Source: Octopus vulgaris (lineage: Eukaryota). From it: 64,000 nt of DNA. The DNA lies in assembly GCA_951406725.2 (NCBI GenBank), contig OX597839.1, positions 26,102,001 through 26,166,000 on the forward strand. Direction: 5' to 3'. Below, piece after piece: positions 11,633 to 23,592 of the stretch; position 1 is the first letter of the stretch; each line of letters opens with the position of its first letter. The translations under genes and the position numbers were made by a program. Under the pieces are notes generated by a model. That model worked only from the letters and a program-made list of their open reading frames with translations, was not told the origin of the DNA and did no database searches.

Positions 11633-12046
11633 TTAATCGTTTAGCATTCAGATTACTCTGTAAAATAAAATGTTTATTTAAATACACATTTTAAAATTAA
11701 TCATGCATTATTTCATAGCTTTGAGATTTCAATGATGTGATTGTTTATTTTTAGACTGACATTGTAGGGTAGGTGTGAGAGGCAGAATCTGGCCAATTTA
11801 AATGCTAAAGAATGAACTCTTTAGCATTCAGATTACTCTGCCAAATATTATATTTATTTAGTCACATTGTTTTTTAATTAAATCATGCGTTATTATCTCA
11901 TCATTTTGGAATTTCAATGATGTGATTGTCTATCTTTAGAATGACATTGTAGGGTAGGTGTGAGAGTCTGGATCTGGCTGGTTTTAAACATAAAACAGGT
12001 GGAATAATTGAGCATGATGTGGCCAGTTTAAATGCGAAAGGGTTAA
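11633..12046. mobile_element. Two tandem copies of a second TTAA-type MITE family (TTTAGCATTCAGA...AATGC(T/G)AAAG)
   Basis: Direct repeat of about 180 bp ending in AAAGGGTTAA; partial copies at 12910-13070 and 30320-30427. Confidence 0.65.
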
Positions 12047-13586
12047 AGATAGAAGGAACAAATTCATCATTCAGAGCAACATGAAATTACTCCAGTGTTT
12101 AACACATCCATACCACAGAAGCATATAAGCATCTGAAGGATTTCACAACCGAAAGAAGGGCACAGGTAAACACCTGGGATTCTACACCTGCATCTGTGCA
12201 ATGCATGTATGCATCATTGCAGTTTGGTACCAATAGATAAGAGATGCTTATAGGCATCTGTAGTATGAATGGAAGTTGAAAATGGACTTGTTCTTTGTAA
12301 GCCTAGTACTTATTCTATCGATCTCTTTTGCTGGACCGCTATGTTACAGGGACATAAACATACCAACATCGATTGTCAAATGATGGTGGAGGGGACAAAC
12401 ACAGACACATCATCATCATCATCATTTAGAGTCCGCTTTCCATGCTAGCATGGGTTGGACGGTTCAACTGGGGTCTGGGAAGCCAGGAGGCTGCATCAGG
12501 CCCAGTCTGATCTGGCAGTGTTTCTACGGCTGGATGCCCTTCCTAACGCCAACCACTCCGTGAGTGTAGTGGGTGCTTTTTACATGCCAACCGCACAGGT
12601 GCCAGACAGGGCTGGCGAACGGCCATGGACGGATGGTGCTTTTTACGTGCCATTGGCACAGAGGCCATTCGGGGCAGCGCTGGCAACATATATATATATA
12701 TACATATATATATACACATATGATGGGCTTCTTTCAGTTCCTGTCCTTCAAATCCACTCACAAGGCATTGGTTGGCCCAAGGCTATAGTAGAAGACACTT
12801 GCCCAATGTGCCACACAGTGGGACTGAGGACTGAACCTGCAACCATGTGGTCAGGAAGCAAGCTTCTTACCACACAGCCACTCCTGCACCTAATAGTTAT
12901 GTAATACCATCTTTGTTTCGAATTAACCTTGCATTATCTTGTAACGAGATTTCAACGATGTGATTGCTTATTTTCAGAACGATATTGTAGGATAGGAGTA
13001 AGGGGTCAGATCTGGCAGGTTTGAACAAGAAGCAGGTAGAATATTTGGGCCAGTTGAATGCTAAAAGGTTATCTTTAGTGTGACTTTTTGGTGCAGGACA
13101 CTCCTCATCAGAGGTACCCCGTGAAAGGAATGTCAAGTGACCCTTTTCCTTTAGAAACTTGTGGTGGCACCTCAAGCTTTACCAAAGTATATGTGAGTAC
13201 ATACGTATGTATATACAAATGTACATATAGTTCAAATTTACAGAAAAACAAAAGACAAGGATGAGTGAAGGAACAACAAGCAAGTGTATTAGTTTGACAC
13301 TTGGGAAGAATGGGAAAAGTCATTGATATTTCGAGCCTAGGCTCTTTGACAGAAAAGGCCGAGACGGAAAAAGAAAAATGGAGACAGAATGAAATTTAAA
13401 AATGTGTAGGGATTAACAGTTTAATGTATGTACATATATATATATATAAGTATATTTGAGTAGTTGAATGAATTATCTTATTATGGATAATTCGGTTAAC
13501 CGATACCTGGGAAGCAAATTCACATCAGAGTAGACACGTTTGAAGTTATGTGCTTTCATGTGGAAATTTGTATGTTTTTTTAAAAA

Positions 13587-13900
13587 TATAAATATATGAA
13601 AGAATGGAGTTGAACGACGAATTAACAAAATTCCTTTATTTTCGACATATGTTTCGAAGGCTGCATATTCCTAATTGCGAAGGAATAAGGAGTACATTAT
13701 GCCGCTTTCTCACCAGGAAAGTCAAGGAACTTATGTCAACATCAAGATGCACAAAAAACTTTTAGATGACTGCTCACACGGAGCCCATAGTGAAAATGAG
13801 TTTCTCTTTAAAAAATTCCTTTATAAGGAGTGACGTCAAAATGGTTGGATGTAGAATTTTGTTAATTCGTCGTTCAACTCCATTCTTTCATATATTTATA
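13587..13900. mobile_element. 314-bp element bounded by perfect 47-bp inverted repeats in a TA-rich context; Penelope-like or MITE
   Basis: 13587-13633 is the exact reverse complement of 13854-13900. Confidence 0.75.
13633..13727 (-). ncRNA. Type I hammerhead ribozyme-like motif with one core substitution (CUGGUGA)
   Basis: Minus strand: CCTTGACTTTC-CTGGTGA-GAAAGCGGCATA...TATGCAGCCTTC-GAAAC-ATAT-GTC-GAAAATAAAGG. Helices I, II and III all pair, helix III has a palindromic ATAT loop, and the cleavage triplet is GUC. Confidence 0.65.
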
Positions 13901-14869
13901 TATATATATATATAGGTTTGGTAATGCAAACTGGAAAAACACAACTCAAAATATAAGTATATGTATATATTTTTTTTATCAATATTTAGCAGAAGACTCC
14001 AAGGTTGAGAGTTTCATGCATTGCCACAGTTTGGTTAAGTTTCAAAACCTGAAACTCTTGGTCCTTGAGTTACACTGTTGCTTCTACTGAATACTAAAAA
14101 AAAATATATATACATATATAAATATAAAAATGGAACAGAAACGCAATAGACGACACAAAGGTGGACAAAAGAAACAACAATTAGGACAAGCAAAAGAAAA
14201 AGACGGGTCATTCGTGGCTTTCTTTCCTCAGTCAAGTTCCAGATGTCACGACTGTTTCGGCCAATACAAACATACAAAGAAAAGAAATTTTGTATTAAAT
14301 TTGTAATTAAAGAAAGATGTTTTATATGAAGGTTTGTGAACATTACCATAATACCATGATTGGTTCCAGGTTTCAGAGACTAATTAATTACAGGTTCAGT
14401 GCATTTAAGAATGGCAAGAATAAGGGATTATCTGTGCAACAAGGGCAGAACAATTAACACAATCGACCTTTTTTCCCTGTTCAAAAACACCAGTTTCTTT
14501 TTCTTGATAATAATAATACTTTGGCAATAATACTTTCCTTTCATAAGACCCAAGTTACTCTGGTGGTTGAGAAATAAAATGAGAATGTGTATCCTATATG
14601 ACGCACAGACACTGGGGAAATATAAGCTGTGTATATCACACGTGAGAGGAAAGGACAAGCAAAGAGTTAAGCACAGCTATTTCTTTGGACAGAACAATGT
14701 TCTAGCACTGATGTACAACGTAATAAACTGAAGGTCAACATTTATAGCAATGGCTCTCAACCAGGGTTCATATGACCCTTGGGGGCCCCAAATAAGATTT
14801 TGTTGTTAAAATTGATCTCTAGCAGAGAGAGAGAGAGAGTATACATGATAACAGAGAGAGGTAAAATAA

Positions 14870-15270
14870 TAACCATTTCTACTAAAGGCACAAGCCTGAA
14901 ATTCTGGGAGAGAGAGGACCAGTGTTTCACCGGTACTTCATTTATCAACCCTGAAAGGATGAAAGGCAAAGCTGACCTCGGCAGAATTTGAACTCAGAAT
15001 GTAAGGACAGGCAAAATGCCATAAGCATTGTTATCCAGCAGGATAACAAATCTGCCAGTTTGCAGCTTTAATAATAAAAATGGTTTCAAATTTTGCCACA
15101 AGGGCAGCCATTTCGGGGGAGAGGACCACAGTGTTCATCTGACACTTATCGGCCCCGATAGGATGAAAAGCGAAGACGACCTTGGTGGAATTTGAACTCA
15201 GAACATTAATGACGGGCAAAATACTGCTAAGCATTTAGTCCAGCACTAACTATTCTGCCAGCTCGCCACC

Positions 15271-15318
<48 letters not shown>

Positions 15319-15768
15319 TTTTCAAATTTTTGCCACAAGAGCAGCTTGGAGGAGGGGATTAAGTCAATTACATTGATCCCAGTACATAACTGGTACTTAT
15401 TTAATCGACCCTGAAAGGATGAATGGCAAAGTCGATCTCAGCAGAATTTGAACTCGGAATGCAGTGGCAGACAAAATATCACCAAGCACTTTGCCTGGCA
15501 TGCTGACGATTCTGCCAGCTTCCTGCCTTAATAAGAATTACCATTTCTACTCCAGGCACAAAGGACTTGAAATTTTTTTTGGTGGGGTGGGGAAGGGGGC
15601 TAGTCGATTACATCAGCCCTAGTGTGTAACTGGTACTTATTTCATCAGCCTCAAAAGGATGAAAGGCAAAGTCGACCTTGGTGAAATTTGAACTCGGAAT
15701 GCAGCGGCAGACGAAATACTGCTAAGCATTTCGCCCGGCGTGCTAACGTTTCTGCCAGCTCACCGCAT

Positions 15769-15792
<24 letters not shown>
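14870..15792 (-). mobile_element. Second chain of about four family C SINE copies with (AAT)n spacers, just downstream of exon K
   Basis: Same motif blocks as 9400-11140. Confidence 0.8.
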
Positions 15793-15799
<7 letters not shown>

Positions 15800-15839
15800 A
15801 ATTAGAAGCTTGTAGTTAAATACGTAGGGTGTCCCTTAC

Positions 15840-16982
15840 CTTACTTTCAGCAGCAGGTGTCACGGGGGTGAGTGCTCTTTTCAGACACTGTGCCATGGGT
15901 ATATTTGGTGTGCTGGGACAAGATTTTGTCTTGGAGATATTCATTTTACTTTCAAACAAGTAGTTGAACTTTAGAGATGAGCGGGGGATAGACCGATATT
16001 CAGTCTCGGCCGGGGACACAGCCGGCGGCACTGCCGAAGAAGAAGAAGAAGAGTCGCCACCGATGGCGTCTATCCGGGAGTCGCTAATATCACTAGTGCT
16101 TGTACTAATACTGGAGTAAATTTGTAAAGTCCTTTCCTCGTTACATTTTGCGCTATAGTCGTCTTCTTCACTACTACTGCTACTACTGCTGCTGCTGCTG
16201 CTGCTATTGCTACTACTACTAGAATTTTGGTGCTCGATGTTGCCGTTCATGTAAACATTGGCCGGCAAGTTAGCTGTGCTCGACGACGATGACGATGACG
16301 TTTTAGCAGTACAGGTATTTCTGAAATTAGTTAATTTATTAAGAGGTTCATCTACAATGGGAGCTATAGAATTGCTAAATGTTTCATTGACGGAGACCTG
16401 GGAAGATTTGTTCAAAGTCCTATGTGGTTTACTGCTGACAGATGTAATAAAAGAAGGGAGCGAGGAATTGCCGTTTACCTCACTGTTTGTAAGGTTTGTC
16501 AAGATGTCACCGTTGAGAAGTTCCTCTCCGAATTTTATCTGATACTCCATTTCTGTGTTCCCCTCTTCAATGTTATCCGCTGGTTCGCTGTCGGGCGTCG
16601 AAGCGCAGTGGTTACCGTTGAACAGTTCCTGGGGAGGGCTCGCACTGGTTTCTTCCAATAAATGATTGCTGTTCACGTTTATTAGACTGTACACGCTGTT
16701 GCTGCATTCTTTGGCTGGGAACATTGCCTGCTCGTGATTGTCGACGGCAATGTTCGGGTCGCTCAGCCTTCTGCTGAAGTACGCTGGGTGTTCCACACCG
16801 ACCAGGTCGTCGTAGGAGCGCGTCTTGCCCAAGTTGTTGTGGTCGACTTTATGCTCGTCGAGGAAATGATCGCTGGCGTTTGCACCGACAATGTCGTCTG
16901 AACTGGTGGAGAAGGAATTGTTGGAGAGAAAAACGTGTGTCCATAGTGTTAGGTTGAGAACATGGCATGATGGATAGAGAAC
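15840..16982 (-). CDS. MTMR3: MTMR3/4-like large exon K: VLYPSCHVLNLTLW, then a Ser-rich disordered linker (KTRSYDDL, RRLSDPNI, poly-Ser) ending AAESK
   Basis: TCTTACAG| ... |GTAAGG; 1143 nt open (381 codons), phase 0 to 0; VLYP.CHV.NL.LW matches the end of the MTMR3/4 phosphatase domain. Confidence 0.9.
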
Positions 16983-18889
16983 CTGTAAGAGAAGTGTATT
17001 TGGAAAGAGAAAAAAGAGAAAAAAAAAAGAGGTAATTTATGAGTGAAAGAAACAAATTATTTCATGAAGTAAACATCATTAATTAATTAATTATATTGGC
17101 AAAACACCAGAAATCTGTATGAAATTGATCAAGCTGATTAAAATATTCTTTCTACTGTAAGCACAGTGGAAGGGACTAGTTGATTAGATTGACCCCAGTG
17201 CGAAACTGGTACTTTATTTTATCAACCCCGAAAGGATGAAAGGCAAAGCTGACCTAAATGGTATTTGGATTCAGAACATAAACCCCGATGAAAAGTCCCT
17301 AAGCATTTTGTCTGGCATGTTGAGGACCTTGTCAGCTTGCCACCTTTGTGTGGTGGGCTAACAATTCTTTTAGCTTGCCACCTTAATAACAATAATGATG
17401 ATAATCTTTTTCTACACAAGGGTTGACATTTTGTGGGGAAGGGGTAAGCTGATTACAGGGCCCTCAGTGCCCGACTAGTTCCTTATTTTAACAACCCGGG
17501 GAAAAGATAAAAGGCAAAGTCAATCTTTGTGGCGTTTGAAACCAGAATGTAAAGACGGACGAAATTCTACAAAGTATTTTGTTCAAAAGGCTAACAATTC
17601 TGCCAGCTCAACACCTGATCATCATCATCATCATTTGGCATCTGCTTTCCATGCTGGCATGGGTTGGATGGTCTGACTGAAAACTGGTAAGCTGGAGAGC
17701 TGCACCAGGTTCCAATCTGATTTGGCATGGTTTCTGCAGCTGGATGCCCTTCCTAATACCTATTTCTTTATTACCCACAAGGGGCTAAACACAGAGGGGA
17801 CAAACAAGGACAGACATAGGTATTAAGTCGATTACATCGACCTCAGTGTGTAACTGGTACTTAATTTATCGACCCTGAAAGGATGAAAGGCAAAGTCGAC
17901 CTCGGCGGAATTTGAACTCAGAACGTAACGCAGACGAAATACCCCGAAGCATTTCCCTCAGCGTGCTAACGCTTCAGCCAACTCGCCCTTCCTAATACCA
18001 ACCACACGAAGAACATAGTGGGTGCTTTTTATGTGCCACCAGCATGGGTGGTGCCATTGATGTGACACTGGTTACACTTTCACTTGACTTACCTGACTGA
18101 AATATTAAAATTACTCTAGTAACACATTTCTTGGTATCTACTAATCACAAAGTATTTGCAAATAAACTCAACAACATTTAAGATTTTATCTGAGGGATTG
18201 TCACACGTTGGACCTAAATACTACAAGGTATTTAACAAGGTAATCTACAACTTCAGCCATTTTACCAATCTGAAACAAAATCAACATCATCATCATCATT
18301 AAAGGTCAACTTTTCCAGGCTCGCATGGGTCAAACAGATTTTGTCGAGGCAAATTTTTTCAACAGCTGGATGCCCTGCCTGCTGCCAACCACCACCCACG
18401 GTATTCAGCTCATGACTGTAAGGACATGAGTTCAATTCCTGGTGGCATGTTGGGCCCTTGAGCAAGACACTTTATTTCATGCTGCTCTGCTCCACTCATC
18501 TGGCAAAAATAAGTTGTACCAGTAATTCAAAGGGGGCCAGCCTTGTCACATTCTGTGTCAAGCTGAATCACCCTGAGAACTACATTAAGGGTACATGTGT
18601 CTGTGGAGCGCTCAGCCACTTGCACGTTAATTTCACGAGCAGGCTGTTCTGTTGCCACAACTGATGGAGGGCCGGTTATTTCTCCAGATGTGTTTTTTCA
18701 TGAAAGAGAGGAAACAAGCAGCATCGGTTGGGTGATGATGATGATGATGATGATGCTTGTTCACATACATGATGTCAAGAGTGGGGCAGAGGGGGTGGGG
18801 ATACACGATGATGAGGATGGGGAAGTGAGGAGGGAGAAGGAGATGACTGACAGTGCAGAATGATGATGATGCAGTTGACGGAAGTGAGA

Positions 18890-19260
18890 GGGGGAGAGAG
18901 AGGAGAGAGAGAGAGATAGAGAGAAAGAGAGACAGATAGAGAGAAAGAGAGATAGAGAGAGATAGACAGAAAGAGAAATAGAGAGAAAGAGAAATAGAGA
19001 AAGAGAGATAGAAAGATAGAGAGAAAGAGAGATAGAGAGAAAGAGAGAAAGAGAGAGAGATAGAAAGAAAGAAAAATAGAGAGAAAGAGAAATAGAGAGA
19101 GAGAGAGATAGAGAGAAAGAAAAATAGAGAGAAAGAGAGAGAAAGAGATAGAGAGAGAGAGGGAGAGAGAGAAAGAGAGATAGAGAGAGGGATAGACAGA
19201 AAGAGAGATAGAGAGAAAGAGAGAGAAAAAGAGATAGAGAGAGAGAGAAAGAAAGAGGAT
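18890..19260. repeat. GA-rich polypurine microsatellite
   Basis: Direct reading; source of the spurious SLSL ORFs. Confidence 0.95.
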
Positions 19261-19407
19261 ATAATGTTGGGTTGGCAATAGGAGTAGGTGGAGGAAGGGA
19301 GAGTGAAGCTGGTGTAGTGCATGAGGATGGGGGGGGGGGGGAAGCCATCGGATTAAACTGGATTTGGGAAAAAAAAAAAAAGACAAGCACACAGTAATTG
19401 GCAGTAC

Positions 19408-19578
19408 CTGATCTGTTGAAGGGTTATACAAGGAGTTGGTGAACCTTTTGTTGCCAGGCAACAGGAGGGACCAAACAGAAGCTGTTTTGGTTTTCAACTT
19501 GGCTTTCTTGCGCTCATTGGCGTTATTGCATAAGAATGTCCCAAAGAGTCGGGAGTAGGTATGCTGGACTAATTTTAT
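19408..19578 (-). CDS. MTMR3: MTMR3/4-like coding exon J: IKLVQHTYSRLFGTFLCNNANER...SVWSLL...NSLYNPSTDQ
   Basis: TTTTTCAG| ... |GTACTG; 171 nt, phase 0 to 0; HTYS.LFGTFLCN motif. Confidence 0.94.
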
Positions 19579-20928
19579 CTGAAAAACCAAAAAAAAAAAA
19601 ATGTTAGATAAAAAAAGAGTTCAATATCTGAATATTGTTAATATTGAACACAAATCAATAGATAAATTGCAAGTATTCAATGAGATCAAAAGAAAGATTT
19701 TTGAGCTGGTTTATTAAATGTACAGCGGGGCCGATGCCAGCGCCGCCTCGACTGGCTTCCGTGCTGGTGGCACGTAAAAAGCACCATCCAAATCGTGGCC
19801 GTAGCCAGTGCTGCCTCGACTGGCACGACTGCAGGTGGCACGTAAAATGCACCAATCCGACCGTGGCCGATGCCAGCCTCGCCTGGCACCAGTGCAGGTG
19901 GCATGTAAAAAGCACCCACTACACTCACGGAGTGGTTGGCGTTAGGAAGGGCATCCAGCTGTAGAAACATTGCCAGATAAGACCGGAGCCTGGTGCTAGC
20001 ATGGGTTGGATGATTTGACTGAGGATTGGCAAACCAGATGGCTGCACCAGGCTCCAATCTTGATCTGGCAGAGTTTCTACAGCTGGATGCCCTTCCTAAC
20101 GCCAACCACTCCGAGAGTGTAGTGGGTGATTTTATGAATTCAGTGTGCACATGCACAGTGTGTGTTCATAATTCCTTTTCTGGTTCCTATTCAAACCTGT
20201 TTACAGATTACAACCATCTCATGAACCTGCGTTCATGAGGAGTGATTTGTGCTCCAATGGATGTGAAAAAGACAGTTTGTTAATGGCATACTGTCTTCAC
20301 TGTTTATACATCTTTAACTAGCTGTCAATTAGGTACCAGAGTGGGTTTTGAGACATAGCCCCTTTGATACTAAGCTGCTTGAGGCCAACCCTGGTTCTAT
20401 GATGTAAACTTAAGCACCAGGAATTTTGGAAAAAAAATGCATCACAAACTCAGCACAGGCCCAAAACCTGTAGAATCTAAAACGTGCTATTTCAGTAGAA
20501 TAGACTGGACTTCATAACATCAAACATCTGCTTTCCGTGCCGGAACCACACAAAAGCCCCCAGCACACTCTGTAAGGCTGGTCAAGAAGGATGTCTAGCC
20601 GTAAAAACCACGCGAAATGAAACTGGAGTCTGGTGCAGCCCCCCCCCCCCCAGCTTGCCAGCATGGACAACAAACGTTAAGTAACAACCTTTAACACGCT
20701 TTAGGTGCATCGTGGTGCCATATGAGTTTGTTCCTCCTGTAGTTGCAGGCACACTGTGTTGCCAAGAGAGGGGAGAAAACCTGTGTGATCATATGATGCA
20801 CCTACAGAGTGCTAAAGGTTAAGTCATCAGAGGTCTTTTGGTGATGACATCAAGGAGACAAGATCTAATTCAGTGGCCATCCTATAACTGCTTATAGTAC
20901 CCAGTCCTAAGTTTGCATAAAAGGGTGG

Positions 20929-20961
<33 letters not shown>

Positions 20962-20975
20962 CTTAATGAACTTAC

Positions 20976-21161
20976 CAGAAAGGCTTCAGAGAATTCAAAA
21001 GCACATGGGAACTGACGATATATCTGGTGTACACAGTCCAACCATTGTAAGAAGACCGGGCAACGTTCATTGGAATCACCGTTGTTGACATCATGACCAC
21101 ACCGGTCAGCAAACTTGTGGCCAAACTGTAGCCATTCTCTTTCGACGAGAACATAGAATCC
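20976..21161 (-). CDS. MTMR3: MTMR3/4-like coding exon I: GFYVLVEREWLQFGHKFADRCGH...ERCPVFLQWLDCVHQIYRQFPCAFEFSEAFL
   Basis: AATTTCCAG| ... |GTAAGT; 186 nt, phase 0 to 0. The ORF track shows this region in the wrong frame. Confidence 0.96.
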
Positions 21162-21968
21162 CTGGAAATTAAAGAGAGAGAGAGATCAATGATTATGATC
21201 AGATTATAAAACAGCAAAAAACTACAAAAATATATATTTAAAGATGAATAGGGGCAGGTGTAGCTGTGTGGTAAGAAGCTTGCTTCCCAACCACATGGTT
21301 CCAGGTTCAGTCCTACTGCATCGCACCTTGTGCAAATGTCTTTTAAAATAGCCTCGAGCTGACCAAAGTCTTGTTAGGGGACTTGGTAGACGGAAACTGA
21401 AGAGAATCCTGTTTTATATATGTATAGGTGCAGGTGTGGCTGTGTGGTAAGTAGCTTGCTTACCAACCACATGGTTCCAGGTTCAGTCCCACTGCGTGGA
21501 ACCTCGGGCAAGTGTCTTCCACTAGAGTCTCAGGCTGACCAAAGACTTGTAAGTAGATTTGGTAGACGGAAACTGAAAGAAGCCCATCATATATATATAT
21601 ATACACACATACATGTATATGTGTGCATGCGTATTTGTGCAAGTGCATGCATGTGTGTTTGTGTCAGTGTTTGTTCTCCCCACCACTGCTTGACAACCTG
21701 TGTTGGTCTGTTTATATCCCCATAACTTAGCCATTCAGAAAAAGAGACTGATAAAATAAGTACCAGGCTATCAGGCTTAATAATAATAAAAAAAAAAAAG
21801 CTAAAGTGCTGGGGTCAATTTGTCTGAGAAAATTTCTTCAAGGTGGTGACCCAGCATGACTGTGGTCTAACGAGTGGTACAAGAAAATGAAAGAAATTGA
21901 TTAACGGTCACTTAGAATCCCTACAATCAGGGATGAACCGGTTTCGAGTAAGAGGAGGTTTTACTTAC

Positions 21969-22164
21969 ATAGGAAGTTCTGTAGTATGGATCCAAAAGCA
22001 ATTCTGCCAAGGCCACGATTTGAGGGGTCCTATCCCAGCCGTCGGAGCAGTGCACCAAAACCGGTCGACCTTCTTTGTGGATTGCACTAGCAACGACACA
22101 GGCAGCTTTCAGCAGATTAGCAATATGGTGAAGCCACTTGGTATTTTCAAGCCCAGACAGCCAG
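21969..22164 (-). CDS. MTMR3: MTMR3/4-like coding exon H, catalytic P-loop: (N)WLSGLENTKWL...VLVHCSDGWDRTPQIVALAELLLDPYYRTSY
   Basis: TTTTGTAG| ... |GTAAGT; 196 nt, phase 2 to 0; intact myotubularin CX5R motif HCSDGWDR, so a catalytically active subfamily member. Confidence 0.97.
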
Positions 22165-22395
22165 CTACAAAAGTAAAAGAAAAACATAAGTACATAAAAA
22201 GCACCCACTACACTCACGGAGTGGTTGGCGTTAGGAAGGGCATCCAGCTGTAGAAACACTGCCAGATCAGACTGGGCCTGATGCAGCCTTTGGGCTTCCC
22301 AGACCCCAGTTGAACCGTCCAACCCATGCTAGCATGGAAAGCGGACATTAAACGATGATGATGATGATGATTATAAGAGTTGAGAAGGTTTACGA

Positions 22396-23094
22396 CAAGC
22401 CTGGCCAACTCGAATTACATTGAGGGCCATTTTAACCTTTTCAATACCAACCTGGCTCTCTAGTACAAATATCTAATTTTCATAAGTCTTGAATTAAAAT
22501 CTTCCACCAGACCTTAATCACAATTTATGTTCTTAACACCAGCTTAATGATAACCAAGTTATTTTACTAAATTCTTTGTTATATTTAAAATTAATTGAAA
22601 GGAAGACAGAGAATCTCAACAGAAATATGGTAACAAATGTCTTGTTTTCATAAGTTTTGAATTAAAATCTTCCACCAAACCTTAATCACAATTTATGTTC
22701 TTAACACCAGCTTAATGATAACCAAGTTATTTTACTAAACTCTTTGTAATATTTAAAATAATTGGAAGACACACGGAGCATCTCGAAATAAATACAGAAA
22801 CGAAAGGGTTAATTACGAGGTTTTTTTTGAGGGCTGCTTGTATACTTTATGCACTAATAGTCAAATAGTCAAACTACAGAATCAAGAATTTTCCATCCTT
22901 TTTACATATTTGTTTAAAATTATAAAAGTGCAGGCCTTTGCTTTATTGTCACTTATAAATTTTAAATTTATTCTGAAACAAATGTTTTACACAAACAATT
23001 TTATTTTGAAATTAAACACAATACTTCAAGAAAGTATCAAGCCAGCCGCAAGATAAAAGTCTGCGAGCCGCAAGCCTCAGGTTGGCCAGCCCTG
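22396..23094. mobile_element. hAT-like MITE (CAAGCCTGGCCAAC ... GTTGGCCAGCCCTG) containing a nested piggyBac MITE
   Basis: Imperfect 14-bp TIRs; degenerate 8-bp flanks GTTTACGA / GTTTAATA. Confidence 0.6.
22436..22808. mobile_element. piggyBac MITE with an internal tandem duplication of about 170 bp
   Basis: TTAA at 22432-22435 and 22809-22812; the block TTAAAATCTTCCACCA..CACAATTTATGTTCTTAACACCAGCTTAATGATAACC occurs twice. Confidence 0.8.
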
Positions 23095-23561
23095 GTTTAA
23101 TAAAAAACTAAATAAAAACACCAATCCAAGACCATGAATCACTTCAGAAAGTAAAAAAAGCACCTAGCACAAACTGCTTAGTGGTTGGCATTAGGAAGGG
23201 CATCCGGCCATAGAAACCAAGCCACAGGCAGTTGGAGTTAGGACAGTTCCCTGCTAGACAGCTCCATGTGAAACTGTCCAACCCATGCCAGCATGGAGAG
23301 CAGATGTTAAACAATGGTGATGATGCAAAGGGCATTTATGGACACCCTGTATATATTCTCTTTTACTATCTTTTACTTGTTTCAGTCATTTGACTGCGGC
23401 CATGCTGGAGCACCGCCTTTGGTCGAGCAAATCGACCCCCGGGACTTATTCTTTGTAAGCCCAGTACTTATTCTATCGGTCTCTTTTGCCGAACCGCTAA
23501 GTGACGGGGACGTAAACAGACCAGCATTGGTTGTCAAGCAATGCTAGGGGGACAAACACAG

Positions 23562-23592
<31 letters not shown>

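Noticed and set aside
14190-14262. Additional hammerhead (CCGAAACAGTC ... CTGAGGA on the minus strand)
   Set aside because: Core-like words are present, but I could not form helices I and II. At most a decayed Penelope-like fragment.
20972-21217. ORF-track peptide MLFYNL...KPFW
   Set aside because: Wrong frame over the real exon I (20976-21161). Likewise 16849-17055 and 26371-26622 are off-frame readings of exons K and E.
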